Shown: in pieces, positions 62,451 to 64,000 of the stretch
Layout: each line of letters begins with the position of its first letter
Numbering within the stretch: the first letter of the stretch is position 1
NCBI GenBank assembly: GCA_035717485.1
Contig: DASTIQ010000044.1
Coordinates: 3,791 to 67,790, forward strand
Length of the DNA: 64,000 nt
Direction of reading: 5' to 3'
Source of the DNA: Thermoanaerobaculia bacterium
Lineage (GTDB): Bacteria > Acidobacteriota > Thermoanaerobaculia > UBA5066 > DATFVB01
Notes under the pieces: model-generated
Database searches by the model: none
Told to the model about the DNA's origin: nothing
The model's input: the letters and a program-made list of their open reading frames with translations, nothing else
Program-made: the position numbers and the translations under genes

Positions 62451-64000
62451 ATGAATCGGAAATCCCTTCTCCTGGTCCTGGTGGCGGTCGCGGGGACGAT
62501 CGCCTTCATGCGGACGGTCGGATGCGGCTCGGCGCGGACGGCCCGATCCCTCGCGGCGGACAAGGTCTACGTCCCGCCCGGCGAGCACGACAAGTACTAC
62601 GCCTTCCTCTCCGGAGGGCAGAGCGGCTCGGTGTTCGTCGTCGGGATTCCCTCCTGCCGGCTCATCCGGGAAATCCCGGTCTTCGAGCCCCGGGCGGCGT
62701 ACGGCTACGCCGTCCACGACGGCGATCCGCGTCGGCAGCAGCTGATCGATACCGGCGGCCTCTGGGGCGACACGCATCACCCGGCGCTCTCCGAGACGAA
62801 CGGCGTGTACGACGGGCGCTATCTCTGGATCAACGACCTTTCGAACGCGCGGCTCGCCCGGGTCCGGCTCGACTACTTCGAAGCGGACAAGATCGTGAAG
62901 ATCCCGAATCTCCAGGGGGCCCACGGCATCGCCGTCGTCTCTCCCGATACGAAGTACATCGTGGTCAACGGCGAGTTCGAGCAGCCGACCGACGGGATGG
63001 TGACGAACCCGGCGCCGTACACGTCGGTCGTCGCCTTCGTCGAGCCGAACACGATGGAGGTCCGGTTCGAGGTCCGGGTACCCGGAAACATCGACATCGC
63101 CGACACGTCCAAGGACGGGCGCTATTCCTTCTCGACCGTCTACAACCTCGAGCAGGGGAAGGACATGGGCGGCATGATCCAGTTCGACCGCGACGCCGTC
63201 GCCGCGATCGACATTCCCCTGGCGGAGAAGAACGCGGCCGCCGGGAAGGGTCACGTCCGCAACGGCGTGCCGATCCTGGAGCCCTCGGAGAATCCGGGCG
63301 TCCTGACGCTCATCCCCGTCCCGAAGAACCCGCACGGCGTCAACGTCACGCCCGACGGGAAATACGCGATCGCCGCCGGCAAGCTCTCCCCGACCGTGAC
63401 GATCATCGACGCCCGCACGTTGAAGATCGTCGCGGAGCCCGAGGTCGGCCTCGGACCGCTCCACACGACGTTCGACGGCCGCGGCAACGCGTACACCTCG
63501 CTCTTCCTCGACAGCCAGGTCGTCAAGTGGAACATCGAGAAGGCGGTCAAGGGCGCGCCCGATTACATCGTCGACCGCATCAACGTCCATTACAACATCG
63601 GCCACCTCCAGGCGGTCGGAGGCGCGTCCATGAAGCCGGCGGGAGACTACCTGCTGGCCCTGAACAAGCTCTCCAAGGACCAGTACCTGCCGGTCGGCCC
63701 GGACATGCCCGAAGATCAGGAGCTGATCGACATCTCGGGCGAGAAGATGAAGATGCTCGCCTCGTTCCCGACTCCCCCCGAGCCGCACGACGCGGAGTTC
63801 ATCGCGGCGTCCGTGCTCTCTCCGAAGGTCAAGCAGGTCTTCACGCCGGCCCCCGACGCGGTCGCCGCCGGACAGGAGAGCGTCGTCCGGACGGGGCCCC
63901 ACGCCGTCACCGTCAACATGACGATGATCCGGAGCGCCTACACGCCCGACCACTTCGAGGTGAAGGAAGGCGACACCGTGACGTTCCGGCTGACGAACGT
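62451..64000 (+). CDS. nosZ: nitrous-oxide reductase, Sec-dependent (clade II-like), partial at window end
   Basis: AAGGAAAGAGGAAG RBS, Sec-type signal without RR (MNRKSLLLVLVAVAGTIAF). Beta-propeller region with conserved His, and the cupredoxin domain starting at HFEVKEGDTVTFRLTN at the window edge. Confidence 0.8.
   Translation, partial: MNRKSLLLVLVAVAGTIAFMRTVGCGSARTARSLAADKVYVPPGEHDKYYAFLSGGQSGSVFVVGIPSCRLIREIPVFEPRAAYGYAVHDGDPRRQQLIDTGGLWGDTHHPALSETNGVYDGRYLWINDLSNARLARVRLDYFEADKIVKIPNLQGAHGIAVVSPDTKYIVVNGEFEQPTDGMVTNPAPYTSVVAFVEPNTMEVRFEVRVPGNIDIADTSKDGRYSFSTVYNLEQGKDMGGMIQFDRDAVAAIDIPLAEKNAAAGKGHVRNGVPILEPSENPGVLTLIPVPKNPHGVNVTPDGKYAIAAGKLSPTVTIIDARTLKIVAEPEVGLGPLHTTFDGRGNAYTSLFLDSQVVKWNIEKAVKGAPDYIVDRINVHYNIGHLQAVGGASMKPAGDYLLALNKLSKDQYLPVGPDMPEDQELIDISGEKMKMLASFPTPPEPHDAEFIAASVLSPKVKQVFTPAPDAVAAGQESVVRTGPHAVTVNMTMIRSAYTPDHFEVKEGDTVTFRLTN

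Noticed and set aside
1-64000. Mobile elements, prophage, CRISPR arrays, tRNA/rRNA genes
   Set aside because: No transposase/integrase-like proteins, no terminal inverted repeats with target duplications, no regularly spaced short repeats, and no cloverleaf-like conserved tRNA segments were seen.

Overview
High-GC (about 70%) bacterial chromosomal segment, densely coding on both strands. No rRNA, tRNA, CRISPR, transposase or integrase is recognisable. Many long ORFs in the six-frame track are Arg/Pro/Gly-rich antisense artefacts of GC-rich codon usage, and I did not call them. What I could support, left to right: a partial chorismate synthase; an ergothioneine egtB-egtD pair; a tandem array of three Ser/Thr protein kinases coupled by 4-nt GTGA overlaps; a fourth kinase further on; short kinase-derived leader ORFs; a kinase N-terminal relic ahead of an S10 peptidase; ispG; a DUF11 surface protein; an autoregulated ArsR regulator; a UvrD-family helicase. 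Then comes a four-gene minus-strand operon encoding a membrane-anchored FAD/NAD(P)H/2Fe-2S reductase, a His-rich membrane protein, a roughly 1300-aa cytochrome c with about 51 CxxCH motifs and seven tandem 74-aa triheme repeats, and a putative outer-membrane beta-barrel. Further right: a secreted beta-propeller protein, a permease, an isopropylmalate-dehydrogenase-family enzyme and a roughly 2855-aa cyclic beta-1,2-glucan synthase. The right third is a redox and N-oxide region. It holds cysK, a DUF1858-NnrS fusion with DUF2249, a compact molybdoenzyme set (NarI-like membrane subunit, 740-aa Mo subunit, four-cluster FeS subunit, Tat-Rieske subunit), an HPP membrane protein, a Cyc2-like fused cytochrome-porin with an amicyanin-like cupredoxin and a diheme cytochrome c, Crp/Dnr-type and Rrf2-type regulators, a membrane-anchored multihaem cytochrome resembling ImcH-type quinol oxidases, an FG-GAP/ASPIC/TPR protein, and a cytochrome c-CuA-like cupredoxin fusion directly upstream of a partial Sec-type (clade II-like) nosZ. 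The most interesting candidate systems are the 51-haem cytochrome operon and the Cyc2-like module.
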